A stretch of DNA of 64,000 nt, taken from assembly GCA_039584815.1 (NCBI GenBank), contig JBDGXC010000017.1, forward strand, positions 285-64,284, read 5' to 3'. Of the stretch, positions 29,536-39,651 are shown in pieces. The translations under genes and the position numbers were made by a program. Under the pieces are notes generated by a model. It saw only the letters and a list, made by a program, of their open reading frames with translations, searched no databases and was not told the origin of the DNA. Origin of the DNA: Gemmatimonadota bacterium (GTDB lineage: Bacteria; Gemmatimonadota; Gemmatimonadetes; Palauibacterales; Palauibacteraceae). How positions within the stretch are numbered: position 1 is the stretch's first letter; every line of letters starts with the position of its first letter.

Positions 29536-30717
29536 TCACCCGGCCAGGGCACCCAGCAGCCATGCCGCACCCAGCGCTCCGTAGATCCCGAGGATGTATC
29601 CCACGACCGCCATGAGCAGGCCCACGGGCGCCATGGCCGGATGGTACACGCTGGCCACGATCGGAGCGGTGCCGGCGCCCCCGATGTTGGCCACGCTTCC
29701 CGTGGCCACGAAGAAGAACGGCGCCTTCACCAGACGGGCCGCCACCAGCATGATCGCCACGTGGACCGTGATCACCAGCGCACCGGCGAAGAAGAACGCC
29801 GGCGCCGACAGGACCTCGAGCAGATTCCCCTGCGCTCCGATCGCCGTCAGCAGCAAGTACAGAGCGGCGTACCCCACCTTGGAAGCGCCCGCCTCTTCCA
29901 GGTTGCGCACCGGCGTGAACGAGAGCAGCAGTCCACCCGTGACCACGATGAGCACGGCCCACGTGGTGTGACTGATGATGGTCGGGTCCCCGAGCACCGG
30001 GAGCCGGTCGCCGATCGCGACGGAGAGAATCGCGCCCGTGAAGCCCAGGCCGAGGATGATCGCGATGTCTCGGAGGTCGGTCGGCCGGCGGTGCGTGTCG
30101 AGCTCGGCCAGCAGCCGGTTGGTCTCGTCGACAGCCGACGTGTCCGCCCGGAGCCGTCGGTCGAACCTCGCCTGCCATGCACTGAAGAACAGGAGAACGC
30201 CCATCCAGCCGTAGCCCACGACGGTGTCGACGACTATGATCGGCCCCATGATCGCATCCGGCGTCCCCACGCTCTCGGCGATCGCCACCATGTTGGCCGT
30301 ACCTCCGATCCAGCTTCCCGACAGGGCGGCCAGGCCCTTCCACCCTTCCGGCGGTAGCCACCGGGCGAACGCCACGTACGCTGCCTGAGCTCCGATGATG
30401 ATCCCCAGGGACCCCGCCGTTACCATCACGAGAGCAGTACGACCAAGCTTGAGAATGCTCTTGATGTCCACTGTGATCATCAGCAGGAGAAGCGCCACCG
30501 GAAGGAGGTATCGGGTCATCCACTCGTACACCGGCGAGGCCATCGGAATGATACCCAGGGTCGTCGACATCGTGGGCACGAAGTAGCAGTAGATGACGGC
30601 CGGCGTGATGCGGAACACCTTCTGCAAGCCCGGCATCTCGCTGAGCCAGAAGATCCCGGCGTACACGGCAGCGAGATAGCCGAAGACGGCCATCGGATCG
30701 GAGATCAGTGGTGTCAT
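29536..30717 (-). CDS. DUF819 family membrane protein
   Basis: GSWIGGTANM.A and S.ANIGG..TAP motifs; multiple TM helices. Confidence 0.85.
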   Translation of the reverse strand: MTPLISDPMAVFGYLAAVYAGIFWLSEMPGLQKVFRITPAVIYCYFVPTMSTTLGIIPMASPVYEWMTRYLLPVALLLLMITVDIKSILKLGRTALVMVTAGSLGIIIGAQAAYVAFARWLPPEGWKGLAALSGSWIGGTANMVAIAESVGTPDAIMGPIIVVDTVVGYGWMGVLLFFSAWQARFDRRLRADTSAVDETNRLLAELDTHRRPTDLRDIAIILGLGFTGAILSVAIGDRLPVLGDPTIISHTTWAVLIVVTGGLLLSFTPVRNLEEAGASKVGYAALYLLLTAIGAQGNLLEVLSAPAFFFAGALVITVHVAIMLVAARLVKAPFFFVATGSVANIGGAGTAPIVASVYHPAMAPVGLLMAVVGYILGIYGALGAAWLLGALAG

Positions 30718-30984
30718 GTGCTGGCGGCTACGGCCTTTCGGTCCTCGCCGGAGTGGAGGGAGGCACGACCGTGGAACGGCCGGCTCCACGCGATTCTGGA
30801 ATGCCCGGGATCCCACACGGATCCGGGCGCGTTCCCATGGTGACCGTGCGGTCATAATGGGCCGCAATGCGTGAAACGCACAAGAATTAGGGGGCAGTTG
30901 CCACCCGGCGGCCGCGCGGCGATCTTGCGCTCGACCTCGTGGCCCTTTTTCAGGTCCGGCGAAGCCGGCCGCGGATCCGAGCCC

Positions 30985-31647
30985 ATGACGACGATTGGTG
31001 ACTGGACGGTCGTGCGCGTGCGTGGAGGGCGCGGCCTTCCGAGCATAGATGGAGCAGAGTTCCTCGGTTGCATCGCTGCGATCCGGGGCGAGTTCGCCGA
31101 GGCCCGGTGGCACTACCGGTGGGTCGCCGACGCGGCCGAGACGGTGCGCGACGGCTTGCGCATCCAGCTCCCCTTCGGATCGCCCGAACTGGCAAATGTG
31201 GTCGTGGCGCTGGAGGACACGATCCCGCCGCCGGACACGGTGTTCTCCGAGCCCCTACGGTCCGAAGCGGACCTCGATCCGATCCAGTCGAGCGAGGAGA
31301 TAGAGGACTGCCTCGAGCTTCTGTGGCGCTACTCGGAATTCCTCGCCGACCTGCGCGTTCGGAACCACGGACTCACGGCGGCCGGGATTCGGGATCTGAC
31401 ACCGGGAGCCCTGCTGACGTTCGTCACGGGCGATCGGCGCCATCTCGAGCGGGCGATGGACGACCAGTCGATCAGCGCGGTCCCCGCCGTGTCCTTCGGG
31501 GCAGTGATCGGACTGGTCCGGCAGGCTGGCCTGCGATACGCCATCCCGCCCGAGGATCGGGACGAGGCGTGCGCCGCGGCGCGTGTACACCACCTCGCAG
31601 GGTGCACGTTCGCGTCCCAGTACTACCCGTTCCGGCGCGCGAGGTGA
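30985..31647 (+). CDS. Hypothetical protein
   Basis: GC3-rich open frame upstream of tlpA-like gene; no confident motif. Confidence 0.6.
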   Translation: MTTIGDWTVVRVRGGRGLPSIDGAEFLGCIAAIRGEFAEARWHYRWVADAAETVRDGLRIQLPFGSPELANVVVALEDTIPPPDTVFSEPLRSEADLDPIQSSEEIEDCLELLWRYSEFLADLRVRNHGLTAAGIRDLTPGALLTFVTGDRRHLERAMDDQSISAVPAVSFGAVIGLVRQAGLRYAIPPEDRDEACAAARVHHLAGCTFASQYYPFRRAR

Positions 31648-31687
31648 GCCAGAACACCGACTGTGTCCGCGATCGGAGCACGGACTG

Positions 31688-32296
31688 ATGGGACGTCGGG
31701 TCGCGCCCCTTCTGGCAGCCACGGCAGTGGCGGTCATTGCCACGGCGGTCGGTTACGTCGTCGGCTCGGAACTTGCCGATCGGGCTGCTGACGGCCCGAC
31801 TGTCGCATGGTCGCCGCTGGACTCTGACGGTCGGCCCGCGTGGCTCGAGATTCCAACGCCCGACGTGGCCTTCCGAACCGCCGCGGGTGACACGGCCCGC
31901 CTCGCCGACTACCGGGGCGGCATCGTCCTCCTGAACTTCTGGGGCAGCTGGTGCCCGCCCTGTCTGGTGGAGATCCCGCACCTCGTAGAGGTGCAGGATG
32001 TTCTCGAGGAGCTGGGCGGGACGATCATCGGGCCGGCCGTCGGCTCCGGCAGCGGCGCCGACGTCCTCCGATTCGCGGAGGAGAAAGGGATCAACTATCC
32101 GGTGTGGCTCTCGGACTACGACACGGCGATCGGCCGGTTCGGCGCCGCCGGCTATCCTTTCACGCTCCTGATCGATCGCGAGGGCATCATCCGCAAGCGG
32201 TATCTCGGACCACAAACCGCCCGCACGCTGCTGCGCGACATCGGGGCGCTGGTCGTTCGAGAGCCGAAGACCGGGTCCCCTTCCGGGGCGCCGTAA
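31688..32296 (+). CDS. TlpA/ResA family thiol-disulfide reductase
   Basis: N-terminal TM anchor; LLNFWGSWCPPCLVEIP and YPFTLLIDREG. Confidence 0.92.
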   Translation: MGRRVAPLLAATAVAVIATAVGYVVGSELADRAADGPTVAWSPLDSDGRPAWLEIPTPDVAFRTAAGDTARLADYRGGIVLLNFWGSWCPPCLVEIPHLVEVQDVLEELGGTIIGPAVGSGSGADVLRFAEEKGINYPVWLSDYDTAIGRFGAAGYPFTLLIDREGIIRKRYLGPQTARTLLRDIGALVVREPKTGSPSGAP

Positions 32297-32309
32297 GCGA
32301 CGACCCGCT

Positions 32310-34094
32310 TCAGGTCGCGGCGGCGTTGAGCTCCAGGAGCTGGCCCCGATACAGCCGCGCGTACATTCCGTCAGCTGCCACCAGATCCGAATGGGTGCCC
32401 TGTTCCAGGATCCGCCCGTCGTCGATCACCAGCACCCGATCCGCCCGCTGCACGGTCTTGAGCCGGTGGGCGATGATGAGCGTCGTGCGACCCTGCATGA
32501 CCGTGTGCAGGGCCTGCTCCACCAGCGCCTCACTGTGCGTGTCCAGGCTGCTCGTCGCCTCGTCCAGGATCAAGATCTCCGGCTGTTTGAGGAAGATGCG
32601 CGCGATCGCTATCCTCTGCCGCTGTCCTCCCGAAAGGCGGATTCCGCGCTCCCCGACCAGCGTCTCGTATCCCTGGACCAGGTCTTCGATGAACTCGTGC
32701 GCGTAGGCGAAACGGGCCGCCTGCTCGACCTCCTCCGGCGTCGCTTCCGGTCTCCCGTACGCGATGTTCTGGTAGATGGTGTCCCCGAACAGCAGGGGTT
32801 CCTGCGGGACGATCCCGACAGCGGTGCGCAGCTCGATGAGGGGTAGCCGGCGCAGATCGGCCCCGCGCAGCGTAATCACCCCCTGCGTGGGATCCCAGAA
32901 GCGCGGGACGAGCACGGCCAGCGTGGATTTTCCCGCGCCGCTCGGCCCGACGAGGGCCACGATCTCACCCGGTCGGATATCCAGGTCCAGGCTCCGGAGT
33001 ACCCACGGTTCGTCGGCGCCATAGCGGAACCACACATCGCTGAACACGAGTCCGCCCGGGTCGCTGGCGGGCGGCAGCGCCTCCGAGTGCCTGGGCTCCT
33101 TGATCTCGGGCTCGGTCTCGAGGAGGTCGAACACCCGGCGGGCCGCACCCATGGCCTCCTGATACGCGCTGTACAACGAGGCGAGAGCGGTGATGGCCGC
33201 AGCCACCGAAACCGCGTACAGGAGGAACGACACGAGCTCGCCGGCCGTGATCTGACCCTCCAGGACGAGCAGGCCGCCCTTCCACAGCACGGCGACGATG
33301 CCGCCGAACGCGATGAAGGTGATCAGCCCGAAGAACACGCCGCGGACCAGGGCACGCTGGATCGCGGTTCGCAGGGCCTGCGCGATGCGGCTGCCGTAGC
33401 GGTGCTCCTCCCAGCCCTCGCGGGTGAAGCTCTGCACGATCGGGATCTGGGTGAACGCCTCCTCCGCGGCGGCGTTGGCCTCGGCCAACTGATCCTGAAC
33501 CCGGGTGCTCTTCGTGCGCAGTACGGTCCCGAACGCGTACGCGCTGAGCACCACGATCGGCGCCACGGTAATCGTCGTGACCATCAGATCGGTGTGGAGA
33601 ATAGCCAGAAGGGCAAGCGCACCCACGAGGTAGAGGATCTGGCGCAGGAACTCCGCCAGCTGGTGGCTGAGCACGGTTTGCAGCGTCGAGCAGTCCGAGG
33701 CCAGACGGCTGGTCAGCTCGCCCGAGCTGCTCTCCGCGTAGAACCCCGGAGACAGGGTCAGCAGGTGCGCGAACAGCTCCGTGCGCAGGCCGGCGATGAC
33801 CCTCTCGGCCGTCGCGCTGAGCAGGAACACCTGCACGAAGTTGAACAGCGCCTGGCAGGCGAAGATCACCAGAAGCAGGAGGGCGATCGAGTTGAGCGCC
33901 GCCGGATCGCGGTTCTCGAACGCGGCGTCCATGAGGTGGCGAACGATGAGGGGGAAGGCAAGCCCGATCGCTGCGCTCACGACCAGGGCGACGGCGGCGA
34001 CCGACAGAGCCGGACGATGCGACGCAAGACGCGGCACGAGGCGCCGAACGGCGAACAGGGAGAAGCTGGAGCGGTCCTCTCGGGCGCGGCTCAT
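32310..34094 (-). CDS. ABC exporter, fused TMD + NBD (MsbA-like)
   Basis: [27 protein letters not shown] and IAHRL. Confidence 0.93.
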   Translation of the reverse strand: MSRAREDRSSFSLFAVRRLVPRLASHRPALSVAAVALVVSAAIGLAFPLIVRHLMDAAFENRDPAALNSIALLLLVIFACQALFNFVQVFLLSATAERVIAGLRTELFAHLLTLSPGFYAESSSGELTSRLASDCSTLQTVLSHQLAEFLRQILYLVGALALLAILHTDLMVTTITVAPIVVLSAYAFGTVLRTKSTRVQDQLAEANAAAEEAFTQIPIVQSFTREGWEEHRYGSRIAQALRTAIQRALVRGVFFGLITFIAFGGIVAVLWKGGLLVLEGQITAGELVSFLLYAVSVAAAITALASLYSAYQEAMGAARRVFDLLETEPEIKEPRHSEALPPASDPGGLVFSDVWFRYGADEPWVLRSLDLDIRPGEIVALVGPSGAGKSTLAVLVPRFWDPTQGVITLRGADLRRLPLIELRTAVGIVPQEPLLFGDTIYQNIAYGRPEATPEEVEQAARFAYAHEFIEDLVQGYETLVGERGIRLSGGQRQRIAIARIFLKQPEILILDEATSSLDTHSEALVEQALHTVMQGRTTLIIAHRLKTVQRADRVLVIDDGRILEQGTHSDLVAADGMYARLYRGQLLELNAAAT

Positions 34095-34245
34095 CGGCTA
34101 TTTCCCGGTTTCCTCAACACCCCGCGTCCTCTATGTTTTCCTCTCCGCCGTCGAAGAGCGGAACCTAACCGGTCACCCGGCGTCCGCACCATACGGCGCG
34201 GGTCCTCCCACACCGGTCATCGCGCGAAATCGAGAGAGGCGTCCT

Positions 34246-35178
34246 GTGTCGATATCGAGCCCCTTGCGGTCCTGGAGCCGCCTGGCATGGACGGCCGCGG
34301 CGGCCACGTACTTCCTCATCGCCTTCGGAGGATTCGTCCGCATCAGCGAGAGCGGCATGGGCTGTGGCGACGACTGGCCGCTATGCAACGGGAAGGTCGT
34401 GCCCGACATGTCTTTCGCGACCTTCATCGAATTCGGCCACCGGGTCGTGGCTGCGGTCGTAGCCGCGCTCGTGTGCGCGGTGGCCTGGATCGCGTGGCGG
34501 CGGGCACGCGACGATCCGGCGTGGAGCGGGCTCCGGCGGGCCGGGCTCATCGCCGCCATCCTCGTCACGGTTCAGATCCTGCTCGGCGCAGTGACGGTGT
34601 GGCTTGAGCTGCCCCCGCTGTCGGTCATTCTCCACCTGAGCGCCGCCATGTTGCTGCTGGCGATATTGATCACGTCGGCGCTCGGCTCCTCGGCTGTTTC
34701 GTCCGGCGAGTCGACGAAAGTCGCGGATGCGGCGACGAAGATCATCTGGGGAACAGCGATCTTCGGTTACCTGGTGGTCGTGGCCGGCGGGCTGGTCGCC
34801 AATCTCGACGCGGGGCCGGCCTGCCAGGGATTCCCCCTGTGCAACGGACGGATCATGCCGGGTGACAACCTTCTCATGCAGGTGCACTGGGGGCACCGGC
34901 TGCTGGCGTACGTGCTGGTCGGGTGGACCCTGTACCTGCCGATCTTTGTCGGTCGGAAGAGGCCTGTTGACTCGGCGGCGCGCCGCGCCGCCAGCGCTGC
35001 AGCCGTCCTGGCGGTGGCCCAGCTCGTGATCGCGGCCGGCATGGTCTCGATGTCGCTTCCCGCCTGGATGCGAGCGACCCACGTCGCGCTGGGCGCGGCG
35101 ATCTTCGCGGCTCTCGTTTGGCTGGCGTGGAGCGTGGCTCGGCCCGCCGGGCGGGAGACGGACGCTCAGATGGCCTGA
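34246..35178 (+). CDS. ctaA: Heme A synthase (COX15/CtaA family)
   Basis: [37 protein letters not shown] and THVA. Confidence 0.85.
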   Translation: MSISSPLRSWSRLAWTAAAATYFLIAFGGFVRISESGMGCGDDWPLCNGKVVPDMSFATFIEFGHRVVAAVVAALVCAVAWIAWRRARDDPAWSGLRRAGLIAAILVTVQILLGAVTVWLELPPLSVILHLSAAMLLLAILITSALGSSAVSSGESTKVADAATKIIWGTAIFGYLVVVAGGLVANLDAGPACQGFPLCNGRIMPGDNLLMQVHWGHRLLAYVLVGWTLYLPIFVGRKRPVDSAARRAASAAAVLAVAQLVIAAGMVSMSLPAWMRATHVALGAAIFAALVWLAWSVARPAGRETDAQMA

Positions 35179-36461
35179 AGCAGTGCCACATGGCCGAGAC
35201 CGCCGGCCGCGCAGATGCTGACGATCCCGAGCGCTCCGGCGGGCATCGCGGCCAGCTCGACCGTCGCCTGTGACAGGATGCGGGCCCCGGTCGCGCCGAA
35301 CGGGTGACCGAGTGCGATGCTCCCGCCGTTGGGGTTCACCTGGTCGCGCGGAACGGCTCCCAGCTCGGCCTTGACTCCCGCCCGCTCGCGCAGCCAGGCC
35401 TCGTCTTCCAGCGCCACCAGCGTGCTCAGCACCTGGGCGGCGAAGGCCTCGTGGATCTCCCACAGCGCGACGTCCTCGTACCGGATCTCGTGGCGAGCGA
35501 GAAGTCGAGGGATTGCCAGCGCCGGCGCCATCAGCAGGCCCTCGGCCTCGATGTCCACCGCCGCCTGCTCCCAGTCGATGAGGCGAACCCTGGGCAGTGA
35601 TGCCGGCAGTCGCCCGGCGCCCTCCGCATCGGCGACCCACGCGCAGGCGGCTCCATCGGTGAGCGGCGACGAGTTGCCGGCCGTGAGCGTGCCCGATTCC
35701 CGGTCGAAGGCCGGTCGGAGACGTCCCAGGTCCTCCAGCGTCGTGTCCGGGCGAGGGAGAGTGTCGGCATCGGTCGGGAACGTCCCTGGTGCAACGAGAA
35801 GCGAGCGGAAGAAGCCGTCTCCCGCGGCACGCACGGCATTCCGCTGGCTCGCCAGCGCCAGCTCGTCCTGTGCTTCTCGGGAGACGCTCCACTCCCTGGC
35901 CGTGGTCTCGGCATGCTGGCCCATCGACAGTCCGGTCGTGCGCTCCTTCACCGCTGGGGCGGAGAGGCGTATGTCCCGCATCCGAATCTTCCGAACCTCT
36001 CCGAGCATGCCGCCGAGTCCTCTGGCGCCCGCGGTCCGTCGAAGACCGCGACTCAGCTCGCGCGACAGGCCGATCGGAGCGCTCGACATGGAGTCCACTC
36101 CGCCGCACAAGGCGAGGTGCGCCCGTCCGCCGCGTACCTGCCCCGCAGCGTGTGTGGCCGCGGCGAGGCTCGTTCCGCACTGCTGCACCACGGTGACCGA
36201 GGGCACACCGGGATCGAGCCCCGCGTCCAGCCACACCTCACGTCCCCAGTTGCTCACCGTCAGGGCCGGGATGACCGCCCCCCAGACGAACAGGTCCACG
36301 TCACCGGCGCCTCCCGGCCCGAGCCCGCGGCTGCCGGTCACGGACTGTTGAACCACGGGCCCCGAGAGTTCCAGGGCGTCGAACGCTGCGAGCTCGCGAT
36401 CCATCCTGCTGAACGGCGTTCGGAGTGAGGGAAGGACGAAAACGTCGGCCGGGGACGACAT
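35166..36461 (-). CDS. Acetyl-CoA C-acyltransferase (thiolase, FadI-like)
   Basis: [43 protein letters not shown] and SICAAGG. Confidence 0.9.
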   Translation of the reverse strand: MSSPADVFVLPSLRTPFSRMDRELAAFDALELSGPVVQQSVTGSRGLGPGGAGDVDLFVWGAVIPALTVSNWGREVWLDAGLDPGVPSVTVVQQCGTSLAAATHAAGQVRGGRAHLALCGGVDSMSSAPIGLSRELSRGLRRTAGARGLGGMLGEVRKIRMRDIRLSAPAVKERTTGLSMGQHAETTAREWSVSREAQDELALASQRNAVRAAGDGFFRSLLVAPGTFPTDADTLPRPDTTLEDLGRLRPAFDRESGTLTAGNSSPLTDGAACAWVADAEGAGRLPASLPRVRLIDWEQAAVDIEAEGLLMAPALAIPRLLARHEIRYEDVALWEIHEAFAAQVLSTLVALEDEAWLRERAGVKAELGAVPRDQVNPNGGSIALGHPFGATGARILSQATVELAAMPAGALGIVSICAAGGLGHVALLQAI

Positions 36462-36653
36462 CGGGGACTCTCCTTTCGAGACGTAACGGTCTCAGGCGGA
36501 GGCGGCGCGCAGCACCCGCGGGTGGCGCGTCGTTCCGCCGCGGTGCAAGATGTGACGCGGATCGAGTCGGCGCCACGGGCACCGGACCCCGGGCGCATTG
36601 GCGCCAGCTCACAGTTACGAGAATTTACATCACATAAAAGCAGTTATCGTGAT

Positions 36654-38102
36654 ATGACAATGACGATTCCACGAGTTCGTTTTGCCCCCAGTCCGACAGG
36701 CCATCTGCATGTCGGCGGGGCACGCACGGCCGTTTTCAACTATCTGTTCGCCCGACACCACGGCGGCGCGTTCCTGCTCCGCATCGAAGATACCGACCGG
36801 GAGCGCTCGAGCGACGAGATGACCGGTCGCATCCTGGACGCGATGGAGTGGCTCGGGTTGGAGGTGGACGAGCCTCCCGTTCATCAGGCCGACAGCCTGG
36901 CCCTTCACCGAGCGGACGTGGAGCGGCTGCTCGAGGCGGACCTTGCCTACCGATGCTTCGCTTCGAAGGAGGAACTCGACGCCTTGCGCGCACAGGCGCG
37001 GGACCAGGTGCTCCCGTTCCGTTACCGCAGCTCGGCGTCCTACGACGCCGCCGATGCCGCGCGCCGAGCTGCGGCGGGAGAGCCGCACGCAGTGTTCTTC
37101 GAGGTCCCGACCGGAGACATCGCGTTCGACGACGCGGTTCACGGTCCGACCACCGTTGCCGGCGACAGCCTGGACGATTTCGTCATACTGCGATCCGACG
37201 AAACACCCGTGTACAACATGGCCGTGGTGTCGGACGACGTGGACATGGGAATCACGCACGTGATCCGGGGCGACGATCACCTTTCCAACACCCCGAAGCA
37301 GATTCTCATCTATCGTGCGCTGGGGGCCGAGCTGCCTGTGTTCGCGCACGTACCGATGATCCTGGGACCCGACGGAAAGCGCCTGTCCAAGAGGCACGGC
37401 GCGGCATCCGTCGAGGCGTACCGGGAGTGGGGGATCCTCCCCGAAGCACTGGTCAACTTCCTCGCCCTTCTCGGGTGGTCCCCGGGCGACGATCGAGAGC
37501 TCATGCAGATGCCTGAGCTGATCGACGCGTTCACCCTGGACCGAATCCTCAAGAAGGCCGGGGTATTCGACCCCCTGAAGCTGGAATGGCTGAACGGAAG
37601 GTACCTGGACATGGCGGACTCCGAGCGGCTCGTTCGCCTCGTCCTGGCCGTCCTGGACGACACCGGGAAGGCCATCGCCGCATCGGATCCCGGCGCGTTC
37701 ACTGCCGTGGTGGACCTTCAGAAGACCCGGGCGCGCACGATTCCGGCGGTCGCCGACACCAGCCTGCGCTATTTCGTCGAACCGGTGGCGTATGACGACT
37801 CGGCGGTGGGCAAGTACTGGCTCAGAGACCCGGAGACCACGCGCGAAGTGCTGACGCTGGAACGGGGGATTCTGGCCGGAGCCGAACCGTTCGACACGGA
37901 AACCCTGGAGCGGGAGCTGCGCGTCCTCGCCACGACCCGGGACGTCGGGTTCGGGAAGATCATCGCTCCGCTCCGAGTCGCCCTTCTCGGCGTCCAGGAC
38001 AGCCCCGGCATCTTCGACGTCCTCCTCCTGCTCGGCCGCGAGCGCTCGGTAGAGCGTGTCGAAGCAGCGCTGAACGAGCTCGAGCGGCTGCGGGCAACGT
38101 GA
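36654..38102 (+). CDS. gltX: Glutamate--tRNA ligase
   Basis: RFAPSPTGHLHVGG, LRIEDTD, HVIRGDDH and RLSKRHG. Confidence 0.95.
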   Translation: MTMTIPRVRFAPSPTGHLHVGGARTAVFNYLFARHHGGAFLLRIEDTDRERSSDEMTGRILDAMEWLGLEVDEPPVHQADSLALHRADVERLLEADLAYRCFASKEELDALRAQARDQVLPFRYRSSASYDAADAARRAAAGEPHAVFFEVPTGDIAFDDAVHGPTTVAGDSLDDFVILRSDETPVYNMAVVSDDVDMGITHVIRGDDHLSNTPKQILIYRALGAELPVFAHVPMILGPDGKRLSKRHGAASVEAYREWGILPEALVNFLALLGWSPGDDRELMQMPELIDAFTLDRILKKAGVFDPLKLEWLNGRYLDMADSERLVRLVLAVLDDTGKAIAASDPGAFTAVVDLQKTRARTIPAVADTSLRYFVEPVAYDDSAVGKYWLRDPETTREVLTLERGILAGAEPFDTETLERELRVLATTRDVGFGKIIAPLRVALLGVQDSPGIFDVLLLLGRERSVERVEAALNELERLRAT

Positions 38103-38551
38103 CCGATCCGGATCTGCATTGGATGAAGCGGGCCCTCGCGATGGCCCGCGAGGCGGCCCGGCACCAGGAGGTTCCGATCGGCGCGGTCGTCGTCGCGCAG
38201 GACGGCGTAGCCTTCGAGGAGCGGAACCGAACCCGCGAGCTGGGCGATCCGACGGCACATGCCGAGACTCTGGCCATACGGAGGGCCGCAGCCTACCAGG
38301 GGGATTGGCGACTGGAGGGGCACACGCTGTACGTGACGCTCGAGCCGTGCGCGATGTGCGCGGGTGCGATCGTGCTGTCACGTGTCGAGCGCGTCGTGTT
38401 CGGGGCGCTCGATCCGAAGGCCGGGATGTGCGGCTCGCTGGGCAATCTCGTGCAGGATGCGCGGCTCAATCACCGCGTCGTGCTCGCCTCGGGCGTACGG
38501 GCTGACGAGGCGTCCGCCCTGCTCCGCGATTTCTTCGTCAGGCGACGGTAG
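38099..38551 (+). CDS. tadA: tRNA adenosine(34) deaminase
   Basis: EVPIGAV, DPTAHAE, TLEPCAMCAGA, DPKAG and LNH. Confidence 0.93.
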   Translation: MTDPDLHWMKRALAMAREAARHQEVPIGAVVVAQDGVAFEERNRTRELGDPTAHAETLAIRRAAAYQGDWRLEGHTLYVTLEPCAMCAGAIVLSRVERVVFGALDPKAGMCGSLGNLVQDARLNHRVVLASGVRADEASALLRDFFVRRR

Positions 38552-38603
38552 GCGCTCACAGACTGGCGGCGGCAAGCAGCCGCGCCGAAAGCGAGATTCG
38601 CCG

Positions 38604-39563
38604 ATGCAAGAGCGGTACCGGGGCCTGGTTCTCGTAGCGGGCGAGCTTCGCGACCTGTCCGGCCCCGATCCCCCGTGGCCTGGTGGCCTGGAAACGGCGT
38701 TCAACACGCCGGGCGCCCCGTTGCCGAAGCGGGACGACGTGCTCGCCCTCATTCCTCTCGTATCTCTCCCCGTCGGAGAAGCAGAGATCGAAGGGCTTCC
38801 GGGCCTGCGCGTGGTGGCCAACTACGGGGTCGGGTATGACAACATCGATCTCGCGGCGGCCGGTCGTCGGGGGATCATCGTGACCAACACGCCGGACGTG
38901 CTGACCGATGCCACGGCGGATCTCACCCTCGCCCTGCTCCTTGCGGCGACGCGTCGCCTGCGTGAGGGACTCGACCTCGCCCGGAGCGGCGAATGGGAGG
39001 GCTGGAACCCGGCGCAGCTTCTCGGGATGGGCCTCCAGGGCCGGGTTCTGGGTCTTCTGGGCGCCGGCCGAATCGGCACCGCGGTGGCTCGCCGGGCCCT
39101 CGCATTCGGCATGGAGATCGTGTACTGGGACCGCGACACACGACCTGAGATCGAGGCGGCGTGTGACGCCCGCCGGGCTCGCGACCTCGCCGAGTTGCTG
39201 GCGGTATCGGATGTGCTCTCGATCCACGTCTCGCTGTCGCCCGACAGCCTGGGACTCATCGGCGTCACGGAGCTGGCGGCCATGAAGCCGGGGGCCGTCC
39301 TGGTGAACACGGCCCGCGGGCCGGTCGTCGATGAGCGCGCGTTGACCGAGGCGCTGCGCTCGGGTCGCCTGAGAGCCGCCGGTCTCGATGTGTACGCGGG
39401 CGAGCCCGACATACCGGAGTCCCTGCGCACCCTGCCGAACTGCTTCGTTCTCCCGCACCTGGGAAGCGCGACCCGAGAAGCGCGCCAGGCGATGTGGGAC
39501 CTCGCGGCGGCTAACGCGAGAGCGGTACTGGCGGGACAGGAGCCGCTTACGCGTGTCGGCTAG
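38604..39563 (+). CDS. D-isomer specific 2-hydroxyacid dehydrogenase (glyoxylate reductase-like)
   Basis: VGYDNID, TNTPDVLTDATAD, GAGRIG, NTARG and LPHLGSAT. Confidence 0.9.
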   Translation: MQERYRGLVLVAGELRDLSGPDPPWPGGLETAFNTPGAPLPKRDDVLALIPLVSLPVGEAEIEGLPGLRVVANYGVGYDNIDLAAAGRRGIIVTNTPDVLTDATADLTLALLLAATRRLREGLDLARSGEWEGWNPAQLLGMGLQGRVLGLLGAGRIGTAVARRALAFGMEIVYWDRDTRPEIEAACDARRARDLAELLAVSDVLSIHVSLSPDSLGLIGVTELAAMKPGAVLVNTARGPVVDERALTEALRSGRLRAAGLDVYAGEPDIPESLRTLPNCFVLPHLGSATREARQAMWDLAAANARAVLAGQEPLTRVG

Positions 39564-39651
39564 CACCGTCACTTCATCCCGGCGCCGTCCCTCCAATTGG
39601 GCTTCCTGGACAACGCGAACCTGCCGAGGCGATGAGAGACCTGTTCGAGCC

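Noticed and set aside
34381-38381. Long alternative-frame ORFs (e.g. 34381..36234, 36630..38381; likewise 46441..48471, 52378..54390)
   Set aside because: Shadow ORFs expected in high-GC DNA; they overlap well-supported genes and carry no motifs.
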